Shown here one piece after another: positions 18,734-27,529 of a DNA stretch of 30,479 nucleotides (position 1 is its first letter; the number at the start of each line of letters is the position of its first letter). Below the pieces are notes generated by a model. The model had not been told where the DNA came from and searched no databases. It saw only the letters and a list, made by a program, of their open reading frames with translations. Where the stretch lies: positions 1 to 30,479 of the forward strand of contig JBKKAI010000450.1 in the NCBI GenBank assembly GCA_046714815.1, read 5' to 3'. Position numbers and translations under genes: made by a program. This DNA comes from Terriglobia bacterium. GTDB taxonomy: Bacteria > Acidobacteriota > Terriglobia > JAJPHL01 > JAPKYU01.

Positions 18734-21228
18734 AGGATCCTCGGAGAAGCGGCCACCAGCAAATGATTTTCCGCCGGCGCCGGAGCGTGCGCCCGCAGCG
18801 CCTCCCGGTAAGCCTGCTCCAGGCGCTTCAAGACGACATCCCAGTCCCAGCGCTCCTCCGTGGTGCGGCGGGCGCGGCGGGCCAGGGCCTCGGCGCGTTC
18901 GGGGTTTTCCAGCAGTTCAATGATAACAGAGATGAACTGGCGGGCATCGTGCGCCAGCAGCAATTCGCCGCCGTCGTTCACGTCCAGCCCCTCGGCGCCC
19001 AGCGGCGTGGAGATCACCGGAATGCCCGCGGCGAACGCCTCCAGAATCTTCACGCGCACGCCGGAGCCGCTGAAAATCGGGCTGAGGAACAGGGCGTAGC
19101 GCGACAACACCTCGCGGATTTCCGGAACCATCCCCAGCAAACGGACTCCGGGGCGCCGGCACAGGGATTCCACCTCGGGCGTGGGATAGGCGCCCACCAC
19201 CATCAGATCCACCCCCGGCCGCGCCGCGCGCAGCGCCGGCAGCACGTCGTTGACCAGGAACCGAAGGCCGGCCAGGTTCGGCGGATGGCGGAAGTTCCCG
19301 ACAAACAGCAGCGTCTCCGGCTGGCGGCCACGGAACACCGGGACGTAATCGGCGGTGTCCACCGCGGTGCGCAGGGAGCCGCGGATGGGCGGCGCGCCGG
19401 GCCCGAGGAATGACTCGAGCAGGCGCCGCTCTTTTTCGCTGCACGTTTGCACCAGGTCCATGCGGCGCAGCAGGCGCAGCTCATAGCGCAGCGCGCGCAG
19501 CCACTCCACGAACATCTCGAGGAACGTGACCAGCGGCTGCGGCTGCGGCAGGGTCATCGGCTGGGTCAGCGCCTGCACCATGGCGCGGCGTACCGACTGG
19601 AAGTACACGTCGTGCTCGAAAAGAACCGTCGGCGTGTGCCGCCAGCCCCCGGCAAAATGGCCGAGCTGCGTGTATTCCACCTGCACCAGGTCAATCTGGC
19701 GCTCCCAGATCAGGCGGTGGACGCGCCGCTGGAACTCCGGACTCTGGAAGCAGCGCACCGAGTATGGCGTCAGGCCATGAAAATCCCGGTGCGGCGGAAA
19801 ATCGCGCAGCACGCACTCCACCGAGCGCACGTGACGTTCGAGCGCGCGGTTGGTCTCCACTTCTTCCGGGCGATCCACGAAAGCCAGGACGTGGACCTCG
19901 TGGCGGAGCGCCAGTGCCCGCACCGTCTGGTACATGAAGACGCCGCCGCCGTGCGTCGGCGGGTAGAGCGAGTAGGGGGACAGGAACAGGATGCGCAGGG
20001 GCCGCCCGGAATCGGGGTCCGCTGCGGCAGGCCCGGCGGGTAACCCCCCGGGCTCGCCGTCGCGCGCCGCCGCCGCGGGGTGGCCCTCTTCGCGTTTCGC
20101 CGGAAGCAGGAAGCGGTCGCGATAGAACGCCGCGAACGGGCGCCGCAAGGCTTCGGCGTCGTCCACGGCGGCCAGGCTGCGGGCGGTCCAGCGCCGCGCC
20201 AGCGCCCGCCCCCAGCCGCGCAGCGCGCCGAGGTAGCCGGGCAGCGTCGCTTGAGTTGCGCCGGTGGCCAGAGGGGACAGAACAGTGTTGGCGTACAGCA
20301 ACAGAAAATGCTGCGCCAGCCGGCTCCAGCAGTGAATGTTCTTCCACACCATCAGCGTGTGGTTCTTCTTCACGATCGCGTCAATCCGCTCGGGGGAAAA
20401 ACGCTTGCCGATCGTGGCGCGGTGCTCGTGGTGCACCACGGCGCGGGGCTGGTACAGCACCTGCCAGCCGCGCTTCCAGGCGTTGTAGGAAAGGTCCGCA
20501 TCCTCCACGTAGAAAGGATGGAACAGCCTGTCGAATCCGCCGAGCTCGAGGAACTTCGCGCGGTCGTACGCGGTGGAGCCGCCGCCGGCGTAGAAGGTGG
20601 GATAAGGCGCCGACACGTCCTCGATCAGGTGCCCGAAGCGAAAGAAGCCGCCCTCGAAGCGGCCCTCGGTCAGCCCGGTCTCTTCACGGCGCTTCCCCTG
20701 GTCGAGAAAAAATATCTGCGCGCTCACCGCGAACACCCCGGCGTCGGTAAAGCCTTCGAGCAGGCGCTCGAAGGCGTCCGGCTCAACGCGCATGTCGTTG
20801 TTCAGCACCACCACGACGCCGTTGCGCGCCGCGGCGACCCCGGCATTGTTGCCGCCGCCGAAACCGAGGTTGCTCTCCATCCGCAGCAGGCGAACGGAGG
20901 GGAATCGCCCACGCACCATTTCGGCGGTGCCATCGTCGCTGGCGTTGTCCACGACGATCACTTCGTTATGGGGGTGGACGGCGGCGGCCTCGACCACCGA
21001 GGGAAGGAATTTCTCGAGCAGTTCGCGGCCATTCCAACTCGGAATAACCACGCTGAGCGACTCGGGGCGCGTGAAGGCAGGGGGCGGAACGGGCTGCCCC
21101 GATGGGCGGCCGCGGCCCATCACCAGCCAGGCCAGGTCCACCAGCGCCAGGCTTGCTGCGTTCAGCAACAGCAGCGGCGGCAGAAGAAGCACCGCCGCAA
21201 GTGCCTCCAGCAGGCGCAGCAGGATCAC
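18730..21228 (-). CDS. Bifunctional GT2 + GT4 glycosyltransferase with hydrophobic N-terminus
   Basis: GT2 motifs: IPSWNG, VDNASDD, NLGFGGGNN, LNNDM, YVEDADL. Then a Pro/Ala linker and GT4 motifs: ILFLSPY, FVGNFRHPPN, GSGVRVKILEAFAAG. Confidence 0.9.
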   Translation of the reverse strand: MILLRLLEALAAVLLLPPLLLLNAASLALVDLAWLVMGRGRPSGQPVPPPAFTRPESLSVVIPSWNGRELLEKFLPSVVEAAAVHPHNEVIVVDNASDDGTAEMVRGRFPSVRLLRMESNLGFGGGNNAGVAAARNGVVVVLNNDMRVEPDAFERLLEGFTDAGVFAVSAQIFFLDQGKRREETGLTEGRFEGGFFRFGHLIEDVSAPYPTFYAGGGSTAYDRAKFLELGGFDRLFHPFYVEDADLSYNAWKRGWQVLYQPRAVVHHEHRATIGKRFSPERIDAIVKKNHTLMVWKNIHCWSRLAQHFLLLYANTVLSPLATGATQATLPGYLGALRGWGRALARRWTARSLAAVDDAEALRRPFAAFYRDRFLLPAKREEGHPAAAARDGEPGGLPAGPAAADPDSGRPLRILFLSPYSLYPPTHGGGVFMYQTVRALALRHEVHVLAFVDRPEEVETNRALERHVRSVECVLRDFPPHRDFHGLTPYSVRCFQSPEFQRRVHRLIWERQIDLVQVEYTQLGHFAGGWRHTPTVLFEHDVYFQSVRRAMVQALTQPMTLPQPQPLVTFLEMFVEWLRALRYELRLLRRMDLVQTCSEKERRLLESFLGPGAPPIRGSLRTAVDTADYVPVFRGRQPETLLFVGNFRHPPNLAGLRFLVNDVLPALRAARPGVDLMVVGAYPTPEVESLCRRPGVRLLGMVPEIREVLSRYALFLSPIFSGSGVRVKILEAFAAGIPVISTPLGAEGLDVNDGGELLLAHDARQFISVIIELLENPERAEALARRARRTTEERWDWDVVLKRLEQAYREALRAHAPAPAENHLLVAASPRIL

Positions 21229-22613
21229 GAGCCACTCCCGCGGCCGCGGTCCGAGGGCGGCACCGGACTCAGGCGCAGCTTCTTTCCGATGCGATACCAG
21301 CGCGAGCCAAAGATCTCGGCCAGCTCCGCGGCCAGCCGCGCCCGATCGGCATCGAGGCTGAGCGCCCAGGTGGTGCGCTCGTCGAACTCCAGTTGTAGCT
21401 TGAGCGCCCAGACGGTGCGCTCCTCGAACTCCTGCTGTAGCCTGGCCAACGCTTCGCGGGCCGCGCCGACATCACCCTCGAGCGAATGGGCCCAAGCGAC
21501 TTTGTTATCGAGCTCAGCCTGTAGTTCCTGCACGATTCCCGCCAGCCGCTGCCGCTCCTTCTCAATCTCGGTGGCCCATGCGGTGCGCTCCTCGATCTCG
21601 CGCGACCGTTCCGAAACCACCTGGCGGGCGCGATCCAGTTCTGTTTCGACGCCCTTCCCCCAGGCCACCGCCGCCTCGTGGTCGGTCTGCTGCTTTTGAA
21701 TGGTCTGATCGCGGGCCTCGATCTCCGCCTGCTGCTGCTCGGCCCATTGCTTGCGCTCGTCGAGCTCGCGTCGCGTTGTTTCCTGGTAGGCGGCCAGGTC
21801 CTGCTCCACTTTGCGGATGTGCATCTCGCGCTCGCGGAGCAGATTGCCCGCCGCGGGAACAAACACGAACGGCTCGATGACCGGCAGTGCTTGCCCTGAG
21901 GCGATCGCCACCAGGAAATGCGGCTGATCGCCGGCGACACTCGGAGCGAAAGCTCCGGGTTGCCCGGCGGGATACCCGCCGGGGCTGCCGGCGGCCGCGG
22001 CGAACCCGGCGCTTCCAACCGCTCCGCCGCGACACGCGGGATAGAAACTCACCGCGGCGGTATGGTTCTGGCTGAAAATCGCCCGCTCGGGAAAGATCGC
22101 TGCCAGCAGCGCGTCAAATTCTTCCCTGTCGTACTCGCGGGTATGAAACGGGTTGGTGTAGCCGCGTTCTTCCGAGTAGTAGCGCCGGTTGGGCGTGGAA
22201 ACCAGCAAACGCCCCGAGGGAGACAGCACCCGCCGGGCCTCGGTGAGAAATGCCGCCGCCGCGCTCAAATGTTCGATCACTTCGAAGGCCACCACCAGGT
22301 CATACTCGCTGTCGGCGAAGCCGAGTTTGAGGCAGTCGCCTTGCTGGAAGCGCAGGTTCGGAGCGGAATAGTGGGCGCGGGCGTAGGCCAGCGCTTCTTC
22401 GCTCAGATCCACACCGACCACTTCCACTCCCGGTCCGAGGCAGGCGAGTTGCGCCGCGCCATAACCGGAACCGCAGCCGGCGTCGAGAATACGCAGCGGC
22501 CGCCGGCTTCCGGCCAGGCGCGCGGCAAAGGCATAGCGGGCCAGGTGTTCGTTCCACAGGTCCGGTTCGACCCGCCCGGGGATGACTCGCTCGCCTGTAA
22601 ATTCGAAGTTCAA
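21225..22613 (-). CDS. Methyltransferase plus C-terminal coiled coil (WbdD-like cap/chain-length protein)
   Basis: FTGER..P, EHLARY, ILDAGCGSGYG, AFEVIEH, STPN and NPFH motifs, followed by a long heptad region; start codon TTG. Confidence 0.85.
   Translation of the reverse strand: MNFEFTGERVIPGRVEPDLWNEHLARYAFAARLAGSRRPLRILDAGCGSGYGAAQLACLGPGVEVVGVDLSEEALAYARAHYSAPNLRFQQGDCLKLGFADSEYDLVVAFEVIEHLSAAAAFLTEARRVLSPSGRLLVSTPNRRYYSEERGYTNPFHTREYDREEFDALLAAIFPERAIFSQNHTAAVSFYPACRGGAVGSAGFAAAAGSPGGYPAGQPGAFAPSVAGDQPHFLVAIASGQALPVIEPFVFVPAAGNLLREREMHIRKVEQDLAAYQETTRRELDERKQWAEQQQAEIEARDQTIQKQQTDHEAAVAWGKGVETELDRARQVVSERSREIEERTAWATEIEKERQRLAGIVQELQAELDNKVAWAHSLEGDVGAAREALARLQQEFEERTVWALKLQLEFDERTTWALSLDADRARLAAELAEIFGSRWYRIGKKLRLSPVPPSDRGRGSGS
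21942..21983. repeat. Two abutting REP-like hairpins inside the methyltransferase CDS
   Basis: CGGAGC-GAAA-GCTCCGGGTTGC (21942-21963) and CCCGGCGGG-ATA-CCCGCCGGG (21963-21983). Confidence 0.75.
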
Positions 22614-22622
22614 CGTTGCTGC

Positions 22623-23924
22623 CTACCGGCGGCTGGCTGCCAGGCGGACTCCGTGGATCTCGACGCGGCAGGGCATGCGGAAATGGCCGTACATTTCCCG
22701 GCGCTTCTCCATCTGCAGCGTGACCGCGTTGTCAATCCAGTCGCACATTTCGTAGCCTTCGAGTGTGCCGTTGGCGACGGCCGGAGAAAATGAAAAATGG
22801 CCGGGGTAAAGCTCCGGCAGCGTCACCTGGAAATCCACCGTCAGGGTGTCGCCGGGCTCGAGCGGCGGCATCGCGACACTTTCCATCGCCGTGTTGGTGC
22901 CGGAAAAATCCACGCCCAGGTGGTTGCGCAGCATGAAGCCGACGATGGGCAGCGGCGTGGGCTGCTCGGCGCGGATGCTGATGCGCACGGTGACCAGTTC
23001 GCCGGGCGGCAGCAGCCCCAATTCCTCGCCGGCGGGATTGAGGACCGCAATGCCCAGCAGGCGGGCGCGCCCGGTCCCGTAGCGGAAATCCACGTTGGGG
23101 ATTCTTTCGACAAGCTGGGGAGCGTGCAGGGCGTAACCGCGGCCCTGCGCCGCCGCTTCGGCCGCCGCGTGATGGCGCAGATACTCGGTGTCCTTGTTCA
23201 CCATGGCCGCCTGGTAGCGGCTCACAACCCGGTCCGGGTCACCGATCTCGGCGACCCGCCCGCCGGCCATCCACAGCGCGCAAGTGGCCAGGCTCTTGAC
23301 GTCGGCCACACTGTGCGTCACGAAGATGATGGTAACGCCGGCGCGGTGCATCTCGTGGATCTTGCGCATGCAGCGCTGGCGGAAATAAATGTCGCCCACG
23401 GCCAGCGCCTCGTCCACCAGCAGGATCTCCGGGTCCACGTGGATGGCCACGGCGAATGCCAGGCGCACCGCCATGCCGCTGGAGTAGGTCTTCACCGGCT
23501 GGTCAATGAAGTCGCCGATTTCGGCGAAGTCGAGGATGGCCGGGTAGCGCCGTCCGATCTCGCGGTTGCTCAGGCCCAGGATGGCGCCGTTCAGGAAAAC
23601 GTTCTCGCGGCCGGTGAACTCGGGATTGAATCCCGAGCCCAGCTCGAGCAGCGCCGAGACGCGCCCGTTCACCCCGATCCGCCCGGATGTCGGCCGCAGA
23701 ATTCCGGCGATGAGCTGCAACAGGGTGCTCTTGCCGGCCCCGTTCTCGCCCAGGACGCTGAAAGTGGTTCCACGCTCGATCTCGAAACTGACCTCGCGCA
23801 GCGCCCAGAATTCCCGGTGGTACGAGCGCCGGCCGAAGGCCAGGAGCTCCTTCAGCCGGTCGGCCGGCCTGGTGTATACAGCGTAGCTCTTGCTGACACT
23901 TTCCAGAGTGACGGCCGCGCCCAT
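22623..23924 (-). CDS. wzt: ABC transporter ATP-binding protein Wzt with C-terminal Wzt_C domain
   Basis: GENGAGKSTLL Walker A, YSSGM signature, LLVDEALAVGD Walker B, plus a C-terminal beta-sandwich extension. Start MGAAVT at 23924 overlaps the wzm stop. Confidence 0.93.
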   Translation of the reverse strand: MGAAVTLESVSKSYAVYTRPADRLKELLAFGRRSYHREFWALREVSFEIERGTTFSVLGENGAGKSTLLQLIAGILRPTSGRIGVNGRVSALLELGSGFNPEFTGRENVFLNGAILGLSNREIGRRYPAILDFAEIGDFIDQPVKTYSSGMAVRLAFAVAIHVDPEILLVDEALAVGDIYFRQRCMRKIHEMHRAGVTIIFVTHSVADVKSLATCALWMAGGRVAEIGDPDRVVSRYQAAMVNKDTEYLRHHAAAEAAAQGRGYALHAPQLVERIPNVDFRYGTGRARLLGIAVLNPAGEELGLLPPGELVTVRISIRAEQPTPLPIVGFMLRNHLGVDFSGTNTAMESVAMPPLEPGDTLTVDFQVTLPELYPGHFSFSPAVANGTLEGYEMCDWIDNAVTLQMEKRREMYGHFRMPCRVEIHGVRLAASRR

Positions 23925-24739
23925 CAGAGCACGTCTCCAAAGGCGCGCTTGGTGTAGCGGAAGAACAGGCCGCCGGCGACAAACACCGTGGCCGCGAAGG
24001 CGGCGGTGACGGCCAGGTCGCCGAGCGCGGGCGCCCGGCCCGCCAGCAGGCAGGTGCGGTAGGCATCCACCACGTAGGCCAGCGGGTTGATTCGAGCGAT
24101 GAAGCGCAGGTTTTCCGGCAGCCGCTCGGCGCCAAAAAAAATCGGGGTGAACCAGAACCAGAACGTCAGCACGATCGAGAGCGCCTGTGCCGTGTCGCGC
24201 AGGAACACGTGCAGGCTCGAAACGATCCAGCTGACCCCGATGGTAAACAACGCGAGCAGGAACAGGTACACCGGCAACAGCAGCACGAACACGGTGATTT
24301 TCTTCACCAGGAAGGCGGAGATGGCCACCAGCACCAGCAGCCCCAAAAGGTGGTTCAGCATTCCGGAAAGGAACAGCGAGATGGGCAGCACCTCGGAGGG
24401 AAACATGGTCTTGGTGATGAGGTTGGAGTAATCCACCACCGCGGTCACCGAGCGCAAGACGGTATCGTGGAACAGCAGCCAGGGCAGGATGCCGGCGAAC
24501 AGGTAAAGGGCGAAGCTGTCGGTGCCCGATCCCGGCGCGGGTGGGATCTTGAAAACCAGCGAAAAAACAAACGTATAGCTCAGCAGCAGCACTGCCGGAT
24601 GCACCGCTCCCCAGAGCCATCCCAGCGCCGAGCCCACGTAGCGCTGCCGGAAGTCGCGGGCCACCAGGTTGCCGACCAGCGCCCGCCGCCGCAGGAGATT
24701 GGACGCAAAAGCCCGCCCCACTGTCAGGAAAAACGCCAT
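23924..24739 (-). CDS. wzm: ABC-2 type permease Wzm
   Basis: RDFRQRYVGS.LG.LW, GILPW, LITKTMFP, LRDTAQ, FTPIF and NPL motifs; multiple hydrophobic segments. Confidence 0.93.
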   Translation of the reverse strand: MAFFLTVGRAFASNLLRRRALVGNLVARDFRQRYVGSALGWLWGAVHPAVLLLSYTFVFSLVFKIPPAPGSGTDSFALYLFAGILPWLLFHDTVLRSVTAVVDYSNLITKTMFPSEVLPISLFLSGMLNHLLGLLVLVAISAFLVKKITVFVLLLPVYLFLLALFTIGVSWIVSSLHVFLRDTAQALSIVLTFWFWFTPIFFGAERLPENLRFIARINPLAYVVDAYRTCLLAGRAPALGDLAVTAAFAATVFVAGGLFFRYTKRAFGDVL

Positions 24740-24757
24740 CTTCGTTAAGGCCTTTTC

Positions 24758-24784
24758 GGTTTACGGCCCGTAAGCCTTATTGTA
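24758..24784 (-). promoter_or_regulatory. Putative -10 (TACAAT) with an adjacent 19-bp palindrome upstream of wzm
   Basis: ATTGTA at 24779-24784 (TACAAT on minus); GGTTTACGG-C-CCGTAAGCC at 24758-24776 with one mismatch. No good -35. Confidence 0.4.
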
Positions 24785-24795
24785 TGGCAGAAGCC

Positions 24796-24854
24796 GGCTG
24801 CCCCCGTGGCTTTAGGGGGTTGCCGCAGCGTGGCGGGGTAACCCGCCACGTTGC
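24796..24854. repeat. Two adjacent intergenic hairpins, REP-like
   Basis: GCAGCGTGGCGGG-GTAA-CCCGCCACGTTGC (24825-24854) and GGCTGCCCCC...GGGGGTTGCC (24796-24824). Both begin with GCAAC on the minus strand; no U-tract. Confidence 0.55.
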
Positions 24855-24877
24855 CGCCGGAGGGGCTCATTAATGAA

Positions 24878-27433
24878 TCAGCGGCCGGCGACGGCCGGGG
24901 CCAGCAGCTTGGCGGCGACATTTTCGCTGGCCGCGGCTTCCAGCGCGTCTTCCAGCCGGTTGATCAACTCGGTGACGGTGTCTACTGGATCTACGTCGCC
25001 GTCAATCACCGCTTCGGCCATGCCGGCGATGAACGCCGGGCCTTCGTGGTCGCCGGCGCGGACGGCGGCCATGGCCTTGCGGATACGCTCGATCACCAAC
25101 CCGAGGTCCTTGCCGCGGGTGTCGGGCAGCACCATGGCCAGCGTGGCGGAATCGTAGCGGACGCCGATGTCATTCTCGCGGAGCAGTCCCAGCAGGACCT
25201 GCGCGGCGTCCTTCATGAATTTCTGCAGCGTTTTCTCGCCGAAACCGCGGGCCGCTTCGGTCCCGCCGGCGAAGCGCAGCAGCACCGCGGAAAGCGGTGT
25301 GTTCTGCTTGCGCGCGCGCGAAGTTTCCGAAACCAGGCAGTCTACGTAGGAGCTGCGGTTGAGCAGCCCGGAGCGCTCGTCGGCCACCGCCTTCACCAGG
25401 CTGCGCAGCTTGACGTTGGACATGGCGATCCCCATCTGATCCACGATCGTCTTGGCCATGAAGATCTCGTTGGGACGCCAGGGCCGCAGCCGGTCGCACT
25501 GCTCCAGAACTACCACGCCGGCAGGCAGGTCGGCATCGAGCAGCGGCAGCGCCAGCAGTGAGCGCACGCCGAGCGCTTTCAGGACCGGCGCCAGCTCGGC
25601 CAGCCGCGGTTCGGTAGTCACGTCGTCGGCCGGCAGCGGGTTTCCGTCGCCGGCGAGTTGGACCATCGTCGTAACCAGCTTGACGATCGAAGCAACGTCG
25701 GACTGCTTGATTCCCGGAGCGCAGTATTCCAGCGCCGCTGTGGGCGGCTTGCCCGGCGTGCACAACCCGACGACGCAGCGGCTGGCGGCCCAGGCCTTGC
25801 CGATTTCATTGACGCACACCGAGAGCACGCCCTTGATGGTGCCCTGCCGGTAAATCGAGCGCGTGATTTCCGACGCCTGGCCGATGTTGGCGCCGCCTTC
25901 TTCCGGAGATGGCTCGTGGCGGGGGAAGCCGCCGCTGAGGCTCGTCGAAGTCTGGACCGGCGCTGGTGGCGGAGGCGGGGCCAGTTTTGCCACCAGTCCC
26001 GCCTCCACGCACAAGTTGCGGAGTTGCTCGTTCTTGTCCTCCTCGCCGGGGAAGGCCCGCAGGATGCCCTTCATGTAATCCACCGCGGCTTCTTTGCTGC
26101 CGAACTGGAGGAGCATCTCGGCCTGCAGGATCATCTCCTCGAGCGAGCCCCCGGCCGGCGGGCCGCCCGGCTCTCCCTCGGCCGGCCCCGCGGTGTGGGT
26201 CACGCGCGCCTCCAGGGTCCGGTACGCGTCGCCGTCCAGTTTTTCCTGCAGCCGGCCGAGCAGCGCCTGGATCCGCTCGCCGTTCTTCGGATCGGACGGT
26301 TCCACGTCGGAAAGCCGCTCGATCGTCGCCGACGCGCCCGGATAGTCGCCTGTTTCCATGTGCAGGTCGAAAATCCGCGCCAGCGTGCCGCCCAGGTCAG
26401 ACAGCCGGTTCATTTCGCTGTACAGTGCGGCGAGAAACTCCAGCACTTCGACGCCGGCGATTTTCTTTTCGTGAAGGCCTTCGACCCGGACGATGAACTC
26501 CTGCTCCTTGCGCGAAGAGAAGTGGGCTTGTTTCAAGCGCCGCAGCAGGTCTATCGCGGCGTCCACGGCGCGCGGCGCACCGTCTGCGCCCAGGGAGCGG
26601 TCCAGCACCAGCCAGAGTTGCGCCTGAGCGTCGGGCTTGGTCGCCGGCAGCTTCCAGAACAACTCCTCGGCGCCTCTCAGATTTCCGATGGCCAGTAGGG
26701 CGTCGGCCAGCAGGCGGTTGCGCTCCGGAACGTTTTCGGCGGCGAAGGGCCCGAGCAACTCGACAGCGCGGCCGGGCTGGCCGCCGGCGAACAATACGCC
26801 GGCCAGCGCTGTGGCCACAGCGGCATCTCCCGGCGCCAAGGTGTGCGCCCGCTCCAGCAGCGCGATGGCCTGCTCGGTGGAGCTGCCATCGGCCGCGGCG
26901 GCGACGCGAAGCAGCTCGCCGGCGCGGAAGAACGACTGCGCCGCCACATCGCTCTGGCCCAGGCCCTCGGCCAGCCCACCCACCCGGTTATGTACTTCGG
27001 CGTTGTTTTGCTGAATCTGGGCCAGCCCCCGCAGCGCGGCCAGCGCCTGCGGTTTGTTTCCCGCATCGAGAAACATCTGTGCGCTCTGCCGGTAATAGTC
27101 GCGCGCCTCGGCCGGCTTCTGTTTGGCCTGGAAATCGGCGCAGATCAGCATGCGCGCCGGGTCATTCAGCCCCAGCCGCGCCATCTTGCGGTACATCAGC
27201 ACCGCCGCCGGGCCGTTCTTCTGCTCCACCCGCTTGTCGAACAGATAGGAGTAGCACTCCATCCCCTTTTGCTGCTGGTTCTGTTTCAGATAGAGCTCGG
27301 CGATGATCTCGACCAGCCCATCGTTGCTGGGATCCTCCTTGAAGGCATACAGATACTCGGTCAGGGCATCTTCGAGCTTTCCCCTCTGCACATACTTCTC
27401 GGCCTTCTCGACGCGCTTGGCGGCTTCAGACAT
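24878..27433 (-). CDS. TPR + GAF + degenerate GGDEF protein
   Basis: Helical TPR-like N-terminus, GAF-like RCVVGL...LLALPL.....GVVVLEQC...W, and a GGDEF-fold region (GLLNR...LLRENDIGVRYDSATLAMVLPDT) lacking GG(D/E)EF. Confidence 0.82.
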   Translation of the reverse strand: MSEAAKRVEKAEKYVQRGKLEDALTEYLYAFKEDPSNDGLVEIIAELYLKQNQQQKGMECYSYLFDKRVEQKNGPAAVLMYRKMARLGLNDPARMLICADFQAKQKPAEARDYYRQSAQMFLDAGNKPQALAALRGLAQIQQNNAEVHNRVGGLAEGLGQSDVAAQSFFRAGELLRVAAAADGSSTEQAIALLERAHTLAPGDAAVATALAGVLFAGGQPGRAVELLGPFAAENVPERNRLLADALLAIGNLRGAEELFWKLPATKPDAQAQLWLVLDRSLGADGAPRAVDAAIDLLRRLKQAHFSSRKEQEFIVRVEGLHEKKIAGVEVLEFLAALYSEMNRLSDLGGTLARIFDLHMETGDYPGASATIERLSDVEPSDPKNGERIQALLGRLQEKLDGDAYRTLEARVTHTAGPAEGEPGGPPAGGSLEEMILQAEMLLQFGSKEAAVDYMKGILRAFPGEEDKNEQLRNLCVEAGLVAKLAPPPPPAPVQTSTSLSGGFPRHEPSPEEGGANIGQASEITRSIYRQGTIKGVLSVCVNEIGKAWAASRCVVGLCTPGKPPTAALEYCAPGIKQSDVASIVKLVTTMVQLAGDGNPLPADDVTTEPRLAELAPVLKALGVRSLLALPLLDADLPAGVVVLEQCDRLRPWRPNEIFMAKTIVDQMGIAMSNVKLRSLVKAVADERSGLLNRSSYVDCLVSETSRARKQNTPLSAVLLRFAGGTEAARGFGEKTLQKFMKDAAQVLLGLLRENDIGVRYDSATLAMVLPDTRGKDLGLVIERIRKAMAAVRAGDHEGPAFIAGMAEAVIDGDVDPVDTVTELINRLEDALEAAASENVAAKLLAPAVAGR

Positions 27434-27529
27434 GGAGGACGACGAGAATCTCCCCTGTGAACGGTCATTCTAATGAAAGCGGAGGCCGGTAGCAATGTCA
27501 GGAAACAGGGGGGTCGTTTCGCCGGCGGG

